Origin: Chara braunii
Taxonomy: Eukaryota; Plantae; Charophyceae
Length of the DNA: 64,000 nucleotides
Direction of reading: 5' to 3'
Assembly: GCA_003427395.1 (NCBI GenBank)
Contig: BFEA01000029.1
Coordinates: forward strand, 1,884,435-1,948,434
The position numbers and the translations under genes are program-made. Positions 36,821 through 50,400 of this stretch are shown one piece after another (the stretch's first letter is position 1; every line of letters starts with the position of its first letter). The notes below the pieces were generated by a model. The model saw only the letters and a program-made list of their open reading frames with translations, had not been told where the DNA came from and did no database searches.

Positions 36821-39043
36821 CCTACACCTCTAACACCAAAACTAACCCCATAGCTGACTTCACCCGGCATCAAAATCCCGGATTCGCATTTCAGTTCGTC
36901 AAAAACGGTCGAACAGCGGCTGAATAATTGATTCTTCTCCTTCCGACTTCTCAACTCCCGCCATGGCTAGTCGCACCCTCTTTCTCCACTAACACCTATC
37001 CTATTGACTCTCTTCCAAATCTATCCTTTCTATTCAATTCGCCCGGGGCAGAGACCCCGGGATCGCTCCTCTCCCCTCCCGTTTCCACTCTGGATCGAGA
37101 GTGTAGTGCACTCTCCGCTGCGCCCGGCTCCTACTTCCGCCATCCTCGTCTTTGTACGTACCCGGCGCGCCCCTCTGTCCGGGTTCATCCACCCTGCTTC
37201 CCGACTTCCCTCTTCAACCTGCCTCAGCCCCCCCCCGACTATCGCCCCGTAATGGCCTGTCCGTCGCCCCTCCCTCTCTCTTCCTGCACCGGCTCACTCG
37301 CTGCCATCTTCACCCCCCCCCCTTGCCGCATGCACATAGCACCGGGTTCCATCCCGATCCATCCCCTCGACTCATCTTCGCCTCCCTGCCAACTCCACGC
37401 TCTCCGCTATCGCTCTGTGCTGCGCTGCCCGGTGGCAGTCGTCCCCTCAGCGCCCCGGCACCATCCGCCTTGCCAGCTATCAATCATGACAACTTCTCCC
37501 CGCTACTATCCCACCTTTGCCCCGCCGCCCGCTGTTGTTGTCTCAGCCCTCGTTACTGCGCACGTACCCGGCGCAAAATCCCGTCCGAATCCCCCGCTGC
37601 CTCTTTCGGCCTGCCTCAGCGCTGCCTGCCTTAGCGCTGCCCCCCTTCACTCGATGGCACCTCGCTCCGCTCGCTCGCTGCCTGTTCCTTGGCTCGTTGC
37701 GCCCCGCCTGCTCGCTCCGCCCGCACCTGGCGCAACCCCTGTCCCAGTTCATTCGGCCGCTTCTACCACCCGGATTCATCCGCCCCCTCGCCCGCTGTAG
37801 CACTCTGCCCGTCGGCCCGGCTGCCTGTCGCTTCCCCTCACAATCCTTGCGCCCGGCACTCGTTATCCCCTCCTTTATATTTGTCCCTCCGGTACCTACA
37901 GCCGACGCAGCCTCCGGCCACAGCGGAGTTCGTCGGGCCCTTAGCACAACGGTCTTCCCCACTGCTCCTGCCTTACCCACCATCGATAGCGCCACGGTTG
38001 TTGACCGCTTCTGGCCCGCCCCTTCGGACATCCGTTAACCCTCCCCAAGCGGCGTTCCAATTTCAACGGATGTCCCAAAGGACTCCGACCGGGGCAGTGC
38101 CCCGCTGTACGTCCAAAGGCCGAACGGCCCTCCTCCAAACCTGCGCTGCCTCCCCAGGCAGTCCAAAATGTATGGTCGTACCCGCCAGGCCCCATCATTT
38201 GGGCCAGACGTGGGCCTGTGCTCCAACAGTTCATGGGCGTACCTGCTGAGCTAGGCCTTAGGGTATTAATTATACCCACGGTACCACGTCCCAAGGCGAC
38301 ATGGGATGTCGTCAAAAATTAGAAAGGAAATATATATATATATAAAAACTACAACTTCGGCTCAGTCACGAAAACAGTTTGCAGTTGCATTTCAAGCAAT
38401 CCTGCGAATTCCATGCATGGCCCCGCGGATCGGCCCCGCCGTCGTGCCTACAAACAAAACCGAGGGGTATAGCCCTGGTGGCCCTCAACCCCATCAGTTC
38501 CTCCCTCGATGCTCCGCTACAGTCGTTGCGCCGACGCCCGCCAGCCTCGATCTCCGAACTGCCGTATCATCAACCCAATGTCGTAACCTATAGGGCTAAG
38601 CCCAAGCCTGAAACTAATGCCCGCAGAGTACCATACAAGGTAGTGCGACGCGCCGCTTTGGGCCAACAACCCGGCTGTGCGGATCCCAATGCCCGCGCCG
38701 GCTTGCTTATACCGTGCCATAATTGCCCCGCGCACCATCCTACGTCGCCCCGCTCACCGCACGAAGTCGCGCCGTCGTTGTCGATACCGTCGTCCTCCCA
38801 CGCGCGCTTGCCTCGGTCGCAGGAAAATATCCTTAATTCCTACTTAATCAAAAATAAAAAAAATAAAAGTAAAACAGAGTTAAACTGGCCGGCGTCCGCG
38901 CCGGCTTTATAATCAACGACAAGGAAAAAAATCCCGCGCGCCTCAAACCCTGCGCGCCCACACACTCTCTACTTCTAGACCTCATAGCCAACCTATAGTC
39001 ACCACACCGCCGCAAGTCGCGCGGCCTTCTCAACAATTCCAAG

Positions 39044-39508
39044 TCAAACTTGTTTTCGGTCAGTTGCAAGAACCAGGGCGGATACCCTTGTAAGGGTATT
39101 CGCGCCGACAACGACACTCACCACGGTGGACGGGGACTCGGAGTGTTGGACCTGACCCACAGAGGAGGACGAACCACCACGTCTCCGTATTTGGAGTTGT
39201 GGGAAGCCGGACTGTAAGTTCGTAGGGGATGAAGTGTGAGAGTGGTTGGGAGAGCGATGAGGAGAATCCTTGATATGGTGGACTTCAAGGGCGAGCACAT
39301 TGAATTGCGTCTCCAGGGGTGCAAGTGCATCGAGTCGCGTTTGCGAAGGTGCGAGGAGGGACAAAATAACAACGCGAAGGTCGATGAGGTCCACAGGGGT
39401 CTCACCCTGGACCATTGGGTGGATGGGTGCCTGAGAGGTGAAGGGCGCCGCGACAATCTCCTCGAGTGTAGTCCCGTCCATGGGCAGTGGATATATGGGA
39501 GTGGACAT
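39044..39508 (-). pseudogene. Probable gag N-terminal fragment of the LTR element that starts at 41867
   Basis: P-rich start and heptad stretch RLDALAPLETQFNVLALEV. Lies downstream of the LTR and PBS on the same strand, but across a gap. Confidence 0.4.
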
Positions 39509-40679
39509 GGCGGGAGGTGGAGAAAGAGGTATGGAAAGAGATGGGTTGTGGTGTGGGGACAGGGGACCAACAGTGAGAGGGATGGGACCACGGGAGCGGA
39601 GTGACTACTCATGAGTCGGCTCGCCCCGAAATCGACGGGCCGTGCGTGAAATTGTAGCACGCACCTGGTCGAGCGGAGAGGATCCGTCAAGGTCCAGGGT
39701 GCCCGACAAGAACTAGAAAAGAATGGAGATTAGAAGAACCATAAACCCTTGGAAAATCCTAACCGGACTAAGGAAAAGTGAGGGTGACGTAGCGACAACC
39801 TAATCAAGAAAAGAAAAGAAAAACCATGGAGGAGGGGGGGAGGGGGGGGGGAGGAAATAAATAAATAAATTCTAAAATTTTGAAATAAAAATAAAGGAAA
39901 GAAAACATATAAAAAAAGATAAATAAATAAAATATAAAGGGTGCAAAGAAAGATAATATTTATTTTTTTGAAATTTTCGGCAGCGATTCCCCATGCCACA
40001 TTCGGTCAAAAATGTGCCAAGAGGAAGAAAAGAGCAAGGGTAGCAAACTAACTTTCAAAATACCACAAATTAAAATTTTCAAATAAATATACAAATAAAT
40101 AAATAAATGACGAGGTGTAGGAGAGTGAAGAAAAACTAACTGTTGGAATTTTCAAAACTTTCGGCAGCATTTCGTTACCCCCATGGGGTCCAAGTGTATC
40201 GTGAAAAAGATATGACTAATTAAAATGGGAGAGAGTAGGGAGAAAAAATAAAATTTTGGCAGTACTTCGTTACCCCCAAGGGGTCAAAATGTGCGCCAAT
40301 ACAAAATAGCTAAGTCCTAAACAAATATAAAGGTGTCGTAGAAAAATTTAAATTAAAAAAAAAAAAAAAAATCAGAAAATAAGAAAAGAAGTAGGGGATA
40401 ACATAATTCGAACTTTTGGAGAAAATGAGAAAATTTAGATCAAAGAGAAAGATGAAAAAAGAAAAACTGAAAAAAATTGAAGTTGGGGAGGGCTGGGGAA
40501 TGAAAAAAGTGGAGAGGAGTAGAAGAGATTAGTAGAAGATTGTGAGGGGGGGGGGGAGGAGAGAAAAAGATGGTGGAAGATGAGTGAAGTTAGAGGTAAG
40601 AGGAGAGAGTAGTGGTAGCGTTAGAAAAAGTGATTAGAGGGTGGGGGGGGGAGAGAGAGAAGGGGGGGGGGGGGGAGAG

Positions 40680-41445
40680 NNNNNNNNNNNNNNNNNNNNN
40701 NNNNNNNNNNNNNNNNNNNNNNNNNNNNNNNNNNNNNNNNNNNNNNNNNNNNNNNNNNNNNNNNNNNNNNNNNNNNNNNNNNNNNNNNNNNNNNNNNNNN
40801 NNNNNNNNNNNNNNNNNNNNNNNNNNNNNNNNNNNNNNNNNNNNNNNNNNNNNNNNNNNNNNNNNNNNNNNNNNNNNNNNNNNNNNNNNNNNNNNNNNNN
40901 NNNNNNNNNNNNNNNNNNNNNNNNNNNNNNNNNNNNNNNNNNNNNNNNNNNNNNNNNNNNNNNNNNNNNNNNNNNNNNNNNNNNNNNNNNNNNNNNNNNN
41001 NNNNNNNNNNNNNNNNNNNNNNNNNNNNNNNNNNNNNNNNNNNNNNNNNNNNNNNNNNNNNNNNNNNNNNNNNNNNNNNNNNNNNNNNNNNNNNNNNNNN
41101 NNNNNNNNNNNNNNNNNNNNNNNNNNNNNNNNNNNNNNNNNNNNNNNNNNNNNNNNNNNNNNNNNNNNNNNNNNNNNNNNNNNNNNNNNNNNNNNNNNNN
41201 NNNNNNNNNNNNNNNNNNNNNNNNNNNNNNNNNNNNNNNNNNNNNNNNNNNNNNNNNNNNNNNNNNNNNNNNNNNNNNNNNNNNNNNNNNNNNNNNNNNN
41301 NNNNNNNNNNNNNNNNNNNNNNNNNNNNNNNNNNNNNNNNNNNNNNNNNNNNNNNNNNNNNNNNNNNNNNNNNNNNNNNNNNNNNNNNNNNNNNNNNNNN
41401 NNNNNNNNNNNNNNNNNNNNNNNNNNNNNNNNNNNNNNNNNNNNN
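40680..41445. other. Assembly gap
   Basis: Run of N. Confidence 1.
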
Positions 41446-41534
41446 GGGGCGAGACAACGGTGCAACATGGGTACGCGGCGCGTGCTCGTGCAGCGGCCTT
41501 GGCCTTGGCGCTTGCGCGCACGGGAATGGTTCCC

Positions 41535-41546
41535 GCTCTGATACCA
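41535..41546 (-). promoter_or_regulatory. Primer-binding site for tRNA-iMet
   Basis: TGGTATCAGAGC on the minus strand, 1 nt after the LTR end. Confidence 0.9.
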
Positions 41547-41547
41547 G

Positions 41548-41867
41548 TATGACGGACCTACCAGGATGGCGGTCCGTCAGAATGAAAACGAAGGGATGAG
41601 GATGAAGGAGATGGAGATGGAGCTGGGGGGGGGACAGTGAAGCTCCAACACAGACTGAACACGCACATACTCCAAGCTGTGCAAAATGAAGAATGAGACA
41701 CGAACAGACTGCAACTGGGGTATACCCCCATCGGACTGACCGGATTGGAGTGGACTGAAACAGCACACGGCCTGTGGGGTCAAGCCACAGTCTAGTCCCA
41801 CAGGCCAAACAGGGAAATAGCCTGAAAGACCCTGACTATAGGCTAGGGCAGATAGAGGCTTTCTGCA
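41548..41867 (-). mobile_element. 5' LTR (about 320 bp)
   Basis: Homologous to the solo LTR at 6680-6984; starts TG, ends CCGTCATA (CA>TA change); adjacent PBS. Confidence 0.8.
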
Positions 41868-41869
41868 AA

Positions 41870-43830
41870 CGGGAATCAACTGACCGAATCCAAATTCAAT
41901 GTGGCAACGGGTCATGAAACTGTTCTACCAAGTAAAATCAAAGTTCCAACCTGTAATATCCCCGAATTTGGTATTAAAAAAAAAAAGTGCAAACAATTCA
42001 GATGTAAATCATGTTTACAACTTTACACTCTTTGGATGTGCAGATTGGATGCATTTAGGAAACAAACTTTAATCGTTCACCTCCATTGCTGGTGGAAAAG
42101 TAACAAATTTGGTCCTCGATTATGGGAATTAAGGGCGGCGTGAGTATTCTGGTAAATAAGGGTCAAGAAATCACAATGCTTGATTCTTGTGCAGATAATG
42201 AAGGTTGTTGGACTTGGTTGAAATTCTCAATAGAGGATGAAGACAGGGATGTGATGAGAATATACACTCTCATTCATTATATTGAACGAACAATTTTTTT
42301 CTCATATTTATCAAGTGTTATTCCTAATTATGAAAACCTTATTTTAAGACGAGATTGAAATGTTGTTATTAACCCAAGGTTAAATACGGTATACATAACC
42401 CCTTTGAGATCGAACTTTATGATGTTGTCCTTATTCTGTGAAATACAAAATCTTCATGTTGTTTTTAGGATCTTTCGCCCCGAGGATAATAACTTTACGC
42501 GGTTTCAAATTGGTTCTTCCCCTACTTCCTTAAGCCCCGCCCCCAAAAAGATAGGATCGCAGTGGGTGGTGTGAGGTGTGTGCGATAACCCTCCCAAATC
42601 ATTACCCTATGCTCCTAGATATCATGGTTAAAGGTGTGATAGAAAGACATCATCCTACCTTAAAACTCAACATAAATTTCCTGAAAATCTCAGAGATTTT
42701 AGGATTGAAACAGAATCACAAGTCCAAATGGATGAAGACTAAGAGTTTGTTTCTCGACCACCACCAGTGGGCAGATACTGACATAGCTATAGTAAGACAA
42801 ACATTCATCACATTTTTTAGGATGAAAGTTGCGAAGAGGAGCAAGAGAGAGAAATTGATGAACTCAAAATGGGTTCTAACACTTTTCAGAACACTATTGG
42901 TCAAGAATCCGTAGAGAGTCTTCGGCTCAATTCATCATGCGGCACCAAGAGAAGTTCACACTATTTAGTTGTGTACTTATGCCTTAAAAGTATTATAGAG
43001 ACACTGTGGCAACGAGAACCTTCCTAGGTCCTCCACAAGTTCACCTTGCTGAATCTTCCACATTTTGGGACTGTTGAGATAAAACTATCCTCCCTTCTAC
43101 AACTGCAGATTTAGAAAGACCAGTAAAAAAAGTCGAAATTTATGTTACTGCAAAGTTTATGGCCAAGGGCAAATGCCCAGTCCTAAACAACGTCCCGATT
43201 GAATTATTTTTAATGGCATAGGGGACCTTTCCTCCCTTTTGTGTAAAATATATAACTTCACTCTTACAACATATACCTTCTTGAGGGTTTCACTTAAGGA
43301 ATAATCTCACTAATATACAAAAAAGGTGACAAGTGGGAAGTCCGCAACTGAAAACCGGTATCAGTTCTAAATGTCACCTACAATTTATTTTTTTTAACTC
43401 TGTCTTTTCGACTACCCTACTCCTCATTTGATTCGGTGGGAACAAGGTGCCTTTGTCAAAGAGCAATCCATTTTTTACAATATTCAATAAGTCCGAACCC
43501 TGGAAGTGATCAGTAATGCGAAAAGAGATACCGTAGCACTTTTCCTTGACATAGAGAAGGCCTGTGATAAAGTAGGTTGGAGCTTTGTTCATATCACATT
43601 GTAAAGGAGCAGATTTGGAAAGGGGTTTAAAACGTGGATCAACGCGAGCTATAAATATGCTTTCTAATTTGTGGTGGTTAGCGGTAGGCTTCCAGCTGAA
43701 TTCCAATTAACGCGCTCTCTTACACAAAAGTTACATTTGGTCCCCCTTTTTTTTGTCCTCCAATTAGAAATCTTGTTGGAAAATACTAGAAGCAACCCTA
43801 GTATAAGAGGTTCGAAGCTCACCCCCCACC
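41870..43830 (+). pseudogene. Decayed LINE ORF2 (APE endonuclease and partial RT)
   Basis: GGVSILV, D.EG.W, RD*N (GDWN-like), NHYP (SDH-like), GIISLIYKKGD, PVSVLNVTY, DIEKACDKV motifs. Confidence 0.8.
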
Positions 43831-43869
43831 TTGAATGGAAGCGGGGTGTTCGCCTGCCATACTCTATTA

Positions 43870-46800
43870 TTTAGTTCACCCGGTCGGACGTTAGCTTGTA
43901 TGTTTCGTTGTGGCATAAAGCCTGTTTGGTCCATGTGTATAAGGTTAAGCATGTGTGAAAGCAACCTATTACATAACGTTTTTGCCACTATCTTGTAGGG
44001 GAGTGTAAGGAGAGTGATTGGGCGCGCCAATTGGGCGATAGTTCCTAATTTTTGCCCCGTCCCCTTTTTCATAGAGTAGTCCCTATCCCATCAGGTCCCC
44101 AAATCTCCCTTCAGCTGGCACTGCGTGGATACTGTCCATTCGAGCATGATGGAAGCAATCCCTGTAGTGTACCAAACAGTTTTTTGGAAAGTCGTCCAAG
44201 CCGGGGGGGGGTTCCTTTTCCATGTATGAGAGTGCAGCGGGAATCTCTAGGGAAGTAAGGAGACTTTTCAATTCTTCCTTCTGTTGATAGGGCCATCACA
44301 GTCAGGTTCTGTAGTAGAGCAGCTCGTATCTTTTTCAAGGTCTTCAATCCCCACTGGGTGTTTTATGAGATAAAAAAGTTATAGTAGTATGAAGAACTTA
44401 TAGTCCACAATCCGGTATGGATTGGTGACTTCAATCTGATGTGGATCAAAGGGGTGGTGCAAGGGTGCCACCAACTTTTACCTGACTCTACTTTATGCTT
44501 TATTAAAGAATGTCTAGGACACGCTTTAGTTTCTGTTTTTCCAACCCTGACTTGTATCCTCCATGTTATCAGTCAAGATAGGCTTGGAGTTGGTTTTTTG
44601 CCTCTTGCAAGTGCACGAGGGTTTGCAGGTCCAATGGTTTCTATAGTCATTTTTTTGTCTCTTGCCTGTTTAATTGAGAATTTTCTTACTTGTTTCCTAA
44701 GCTTAGTTATTCTTTCGTTGAACTAGTCCAGAAGTGATGGGCTGCTTGATTTTTTTTGTAGACCAGTGTTTCCATAAATCCTCCACCAGTTTGTTGAAGG
44801 ACTGTAGCTTGCTCAAAGAGGTGTTAGATTTATTCAAGCTTGGCCCACTTGAGAGGTGATGGTGCAAAGACAGACCCAGCGCAATGCCCCTGTGGTTGAA
44901 GGATCAATAGAGACTAATAGTTTGAATTGCAGCAATTGTGACCAGTCATGTCAGAGTCCTGCCTTTCCCCTGGATTGGAGTCATGTTACCACCACGGGGT
45001 TGAGCGGTATTCTGTCCAGGATTGGGTCCGAGGTGATGTTAATGTCTCCTGCTGTGATAAGTGGGTTCTTGGTGGGCAACGCTTGGTAGAGGGCATGGAA
45101 GACGTGTACTCTTTCATTGTGGCCGTTGTGTATATAAACGCTTACGATACAAACAATTTTCTCCCCTATGGCCAGCTTCAAGTAGATCCATTTGCCCTCT
45201 TGCCTGTCATAGTTTGAGTGGAGTGGTTTGAGTCTTGATGACGACAGAAATCAGATAGCTACTCGTGCCGATGCACGAGACGTTGGCGATGTTGAGTAGG
45301 TGGTGTGTGGCCATACCATTTATCTTATGGCTTCCTGGTGAGAAGTGTATGTTAGGTGTCTCTTGGATGCAAATTGCATCCAGCCATGTGGTGGTATCAT
45401 GGTGTTTGATTTCGTCCTGTATGGGCTTTCTTTTTTGTTGATTTGTTGTTTTATAAGGCCATCAATACTCAAAACCCTGACGTGGAGGTCAACTTGTGTT
45501 AACTTTTTGACCCAGGTCGGGGGCTGCCTGAGAGATGGCAGTAAAACGGTGGGTGTGGTTTAGGTGGTGCCTGTTGGTCTAGGACGACCTGTAGATGGAG
45601 GTGTGGCGATGGTGGTGCCTGCCCCGTAGCTCATGTCACATTTTTATAATTCGAGTGTTGTCCTTCCATTGTTGTGCGAATGAGTTATAAAGTGAGGGGT
45701 TATTTCCTCTACAGTTTGGTCATGAATAGCGTGTCATCCCAGACATTCTATGCCTCGAGTGGGTTTTCCAATATGACATACATGAAAATTTGGATCTGCG
45801 GGAAACGTCATGTGAAACTTGGTTTGAGATTTTATTGTAAAAAGTTCCCTTAATTGAACGTCTGATAGCTAACAGAGAGATGAGGTCTCTAATTCAATGA
45901 CCTTTGTGGATTGTTGGTGTTCAAACAATACAATGGCAAGGTCGGATGTAGGGTGTAAAGGGTGATCATTGTGCATTTTTACCTCTCCCACCCCTTTGTC
46001 GCTATGTTTGTGAGAAGCATGTTGACCAGTCGGATGACATATAATTTTTCATATGTACCTTTCCATTATTAGATTGCCAGGCCCACAAACTCATCTATGT
46101 TGTTAGTGCATAGCATGTTTAAGATGGCTAAGTGCCAGTGACTCAAACACCCAATTCTCAATGCCTTGTTTAGGGGTCTCTGCTCATTTGCAGGGTCAAA
46201 CAACCACGCAACAGTTCGTACTTTTGTGTTGGCAGTCAATATGATGAGGACTTCACAAGATCTTTAAGTTTGCTTCTTGTCACAGGCTTGTCGCACGGGG
46301 TGGGTTATGGTGTTTCATTTCTCTGTGGAGTGTAAAGGGGAGCTCCCCGAAATCTCTCTCGTTACGAACCTTCGATTCCCGAAAGAGTTGAGGGATGTCC
46401 TTGATTCGCCGTGAAAGTTGGATTCCAGTTCATAGTCTGATGTAAATAACAAGTCAATTACCTTGGTTGATAGTGCTTCGGGTTGTGCTTCACTATTTGA
46501 GGACCGTGCTGGCGTGATGTGTAGCACTAGTTTGAGGAGGTGGGGCGATAACCGATTTTCCCATAGCGATGCAATTGTGGTCAACTCTTCTTGGATGTGG
46601 TCAGTGTGCATCTCACTAGCCATTTCCTGGACGAACACTTGCGGCCATTACTGTCCATCAAGAGTGAATGCAATATTCACCTCAATGCATTGAGGAATAA
46701 TCAGACTGCGTTCTGCTTAAAGTGGTTGTGCCACTTAGCCGACTTTATTAATAGTTTGTATTAGTATTCTACCAACCTTTTTCCACTGTAATCCACATCA

Positions 46801-47400
46801 TGAGGTGTTGCATAGTTGTTGACTGTACTTACGATCTATTAATTCTTCATGATGAACTTTCAGTTTTTCTCCCCATGTAAAGGTGGTATCCTATCATGCA
46901 GGGAGATGGAATCAGGTGAGAGAAACTTCAGCAAAACCCAATCAACCATTTCTTTCAACTGTATTTTCACTTTCTTATTTGACAAAATGGTGCGGTGTTT
47001 TGCTTTTCTCTTTCGTCTGTTTATGGCGCTGTTGGTGCTTGTGGAGGGTTGTGTCTTTCTCTTTTCCCCCCTGTCTCGTAGGTGTTGTGGTTTTTGTGTC
47101 TTGTTTGTCATTGCTATCCCCATCACCCTCCTCCTATATCTTTATGTGGTGGTTCGTTGGTATGTCATCGTCTTTATCTGCCATTATATGTTGGAAGAGT
47201 TCCGCACATTGGAGGGTGATGTTCCCTTCATGGTCATTTTCACACAGTTGGTACTTTAGGTCATCTGCAAAATTGGCAACTGCATCCACATTCTCCACGA
47301 TGGTCTCCTTGATAGTTTTTTTTTTTTTTTTTTGAGTCATTAGTGGCACACGATAGCCCCACTAGTATGACCATGGTTCTTATTTGTGGTTGCGAGGAGG
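43870..47400 (-). mobile_element. Decayed LINE (ORF1 part, endonuclease, RT N-terminal half)
   Basis: RPITLLTLPYKIVAKTLCNRL..LIHMDQTGFMPQRNI; ITAGDINI; charged ORF1-like region upstream. Confidence 0.85.
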
Positions 47401-50400
47401 TCTAGGCTTGAATGATGATTTGGCCTTGTCCCCAAGAGCAAGTGCCAGGTCATTGGTCTTTTTACCGTTGACGTGTATTCCTTCCAATTTTTCACGGTCG
47501 GGGACAACGCTGACCGTGCATACCATAATGTTGAGGAGATATACTTATTAATGACAAAGGTTTTTTCAAATACTCCCGCCTTGGTTCTCTTTCCCCACTC
47601 CTGCAGTCGTCGAACTGCTACTTGTCATCGTTCTCTTATACGAGCTCCGCTAGTTAGGGCAAGCGACAAGTTGACATTCAGATACGCGGGAGGGCTATCA
47701 ACCGAATATATCAACGTGCCCTCAAACAAGTAAGCATACCAATAAGGTCGGTTTGGAATAAATGAAACTAAGTCAAACTTATAACAATTTATTTTAGCTT
47801 CTGCATATTGCTCGAATGGGGCCAGTTCTTGTCTGATTGCGTAAACAATGGTAGTTCCAGTTTCGTTATCGCACTCGTGTGATCTGCGAGGGCATTGGAG
47901 ACAATCCACTCCTCTTGTGGCGAAGAAAGACCCTCAAGCTAATCGTTCACCCTAAGCATTTTATGCAAGTGCTCCACAATACAAGATGTAAGAAAGCGGG
48001 AGGGGAAGTTGTTTATCAGAAAACAGACTTTTGACGTTCCCAAAAGCTAAGCCACCGCTTTGACGAACTTATCCCCAAATCCAATTTTTCTCAAGCCCGA
48101 GAGCAGAAAGGTCCACCGCACACGGTCGTATGCCTTTCAGAAGTGAAGTCCATTGGCAGTAGGACAACTTCAAGGCTGAGATCTCTACTCGAAGCCAGAT
48201 CAAGTATCTGTCGAACCAGGAGCATGTTGGTGACGATTTGTTGGTCCGAAATGACACCTGTTTGTGTCCGTTGGATCAAATCTGGCAATCACTCCCCCCC
48301 CCCCCCCCCCCTTATTGGTCACGATCCTTGCCAACAACTTGTTTGACTTCCACATTAAAGATATCGCTCTCTAGGTGTGAATGCTTATTGGGTCTCCTTT
48401 CTTATGTACATGTATCACCTTAGCTCGTTCGAACTTTGAAGGCAGAGACTCTCTTCTTTGATGAAGGCATTAAAAGCAAGAGGATATCATTAGCTTGGAG
48501 GTGTTGCATTGGCATGCGGTCCGACCCGACAACCTTGCCCTTGCCGACAAATTATAAAACGTGTGTATGATATTCTCTCCCATTATATCCATGTCTAGCA
48601 TCTCCAACTTGATTTATATCATGTGTGTACTACACTTCGACTAAACCCCCTGCCATGACCTTTGCTCCACCTATTCCTCCACTCACACTTCCTCCTCCCG
48701 ATATATATACGAGTAATATACGTGAGCATACGCCAATATATGCGGCGTTGATCTCACCACCGCCAGGAGTGTGTCGAACGGGTGCTCCAAAGCGAATATC
48801 ACCCCCAACTATTTTTGTGTAGTCACTTGCCACAAAAAAACGACATGATATTTTTTCCTGTCAATTTCATCCACCTTGCCTGATTCTGAAAGTTGTATCT
48901 TCGTACATCCTCCTTCAACTGCTCTTTTCAAGCAGTTTTGAACACCATTCATTCCGCCCAGCACTTATCTTCTCCCTTTATCAGGGCATCTGCCTTGCGT
49001 TAGCCACAAGGCAACAACGACTCCTGACGGGCGTGCCGCTAGCCAGACCGCCCACTGGTTCATTATGGTTGTCGGTGGCGGGGATCTCTAAACATCCGCG
49101 TCGGGTTTGCAGTCTGCGGAAGACAATGGTTTACGATCGTCAGCAGGGTGAATGTCACGAGTAGAAATTTATGGTCAAAGGATGCCATCTGCAGGACAGT
49201 AAGTCCAACAAATTTTTCCAGCAATTTATCTTACATCCTGGCTATATCAACTTGAATGCGGCTCCTTGTTGATGCCAAGTAGCCCGTCTAGATGTAGCTA
49301 TTCGCATATGACCAAACGACTTGGAAGGCATCCTCCAACTCCCAATCCGCCATCATCAAGAGCAACACTCGCCAGTTCATTCTAGGTTTTGTCCGAGCTA
49401 GCGAATCGAGTCCTTACCAGAGGAAAACATTATAGTCCCCTATCAGCAACTTATTCTCGACCTACAGCAAAAAGGCGAAAAGCGGTTCCTGGAATCCCCA
49501 TTGCTTTCTCGTGCTTGCACGAGCATAGATTGTGGATAAGCAGATTGTTTTCTGCACCATATTCAGTAACATTCATGCCCATCTATCCCAAGAGTCCCAA
49601 GATAAGTCCTATATTTTCCCTTCAAAGAAATGGGTGCAAATTATTGCCAACCCCCCACACGTGCCTTAGGCAGGGGCCGAAAGTTCTTGTCCTTTCCCGA
49701 ACGTCGACAGCCCCTCCATTCGTATTCATTCCTCAACCGAATTTGTTTCCTCGAGGCAAAGTATTTGCATCTAATGTCTATTTATTAACCTTCTAATCTT
49801 TGTCGGGTTCTGCCTAAGTGAATGGAGGCCCAAACCTCGCACATTCAGTTATATCACTTTCAATTTCTCACTTATCATCTCACATGTGTCCACTTATGCA
49901 AATCTCAACATCCCTTGCCGTTCCATAGGCTGCAACCTTTCCCCAGCATCTCTCTAGCAAAACACACATTTCCTAGTTCTCCATGCCCCCCCGCCCTCCC
50001 ACGGATACTACCTACTAGCGGTTATATACCCTCTTTACTCTCTTCCATTCTAGCGGTTTTTCTCTCATGAGTCGTGGTATTCTGCCATGATCATTGTCAA
50101 TGTGAGCGAGGTTGCCAACGTGGTCTCCGTTCAGTACGTGTATGATTGTGTCGTTGGATCGGATTCCTACCTATGGTGTTTTGCGGCGTTCATTGCACCG
50201 AGCCATGCAACGGACTCTTTATATTCTCCGAAAATATCGTGTCGAAACAACGTTTGTTTATCGATATTATGCGGTGCTATTGGCGTAGGATAGTGGTCGA
50301 CATGAAATTTCGTCAGAGCTCTTCTGTTTTGTCCGATGGACGTCGTCACAACTCTCTCGACCCTCTCCAATTACGCAGGTCTTCCATTCAGGGATCATCA

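Noticed and set aside
48628-48825. Small CACTA-like insertion (TACTACAC...GTGTAGTC) in a LINE
   Set aside because: Only a 7-bp inverted match and no TSD; possible but unsupported.
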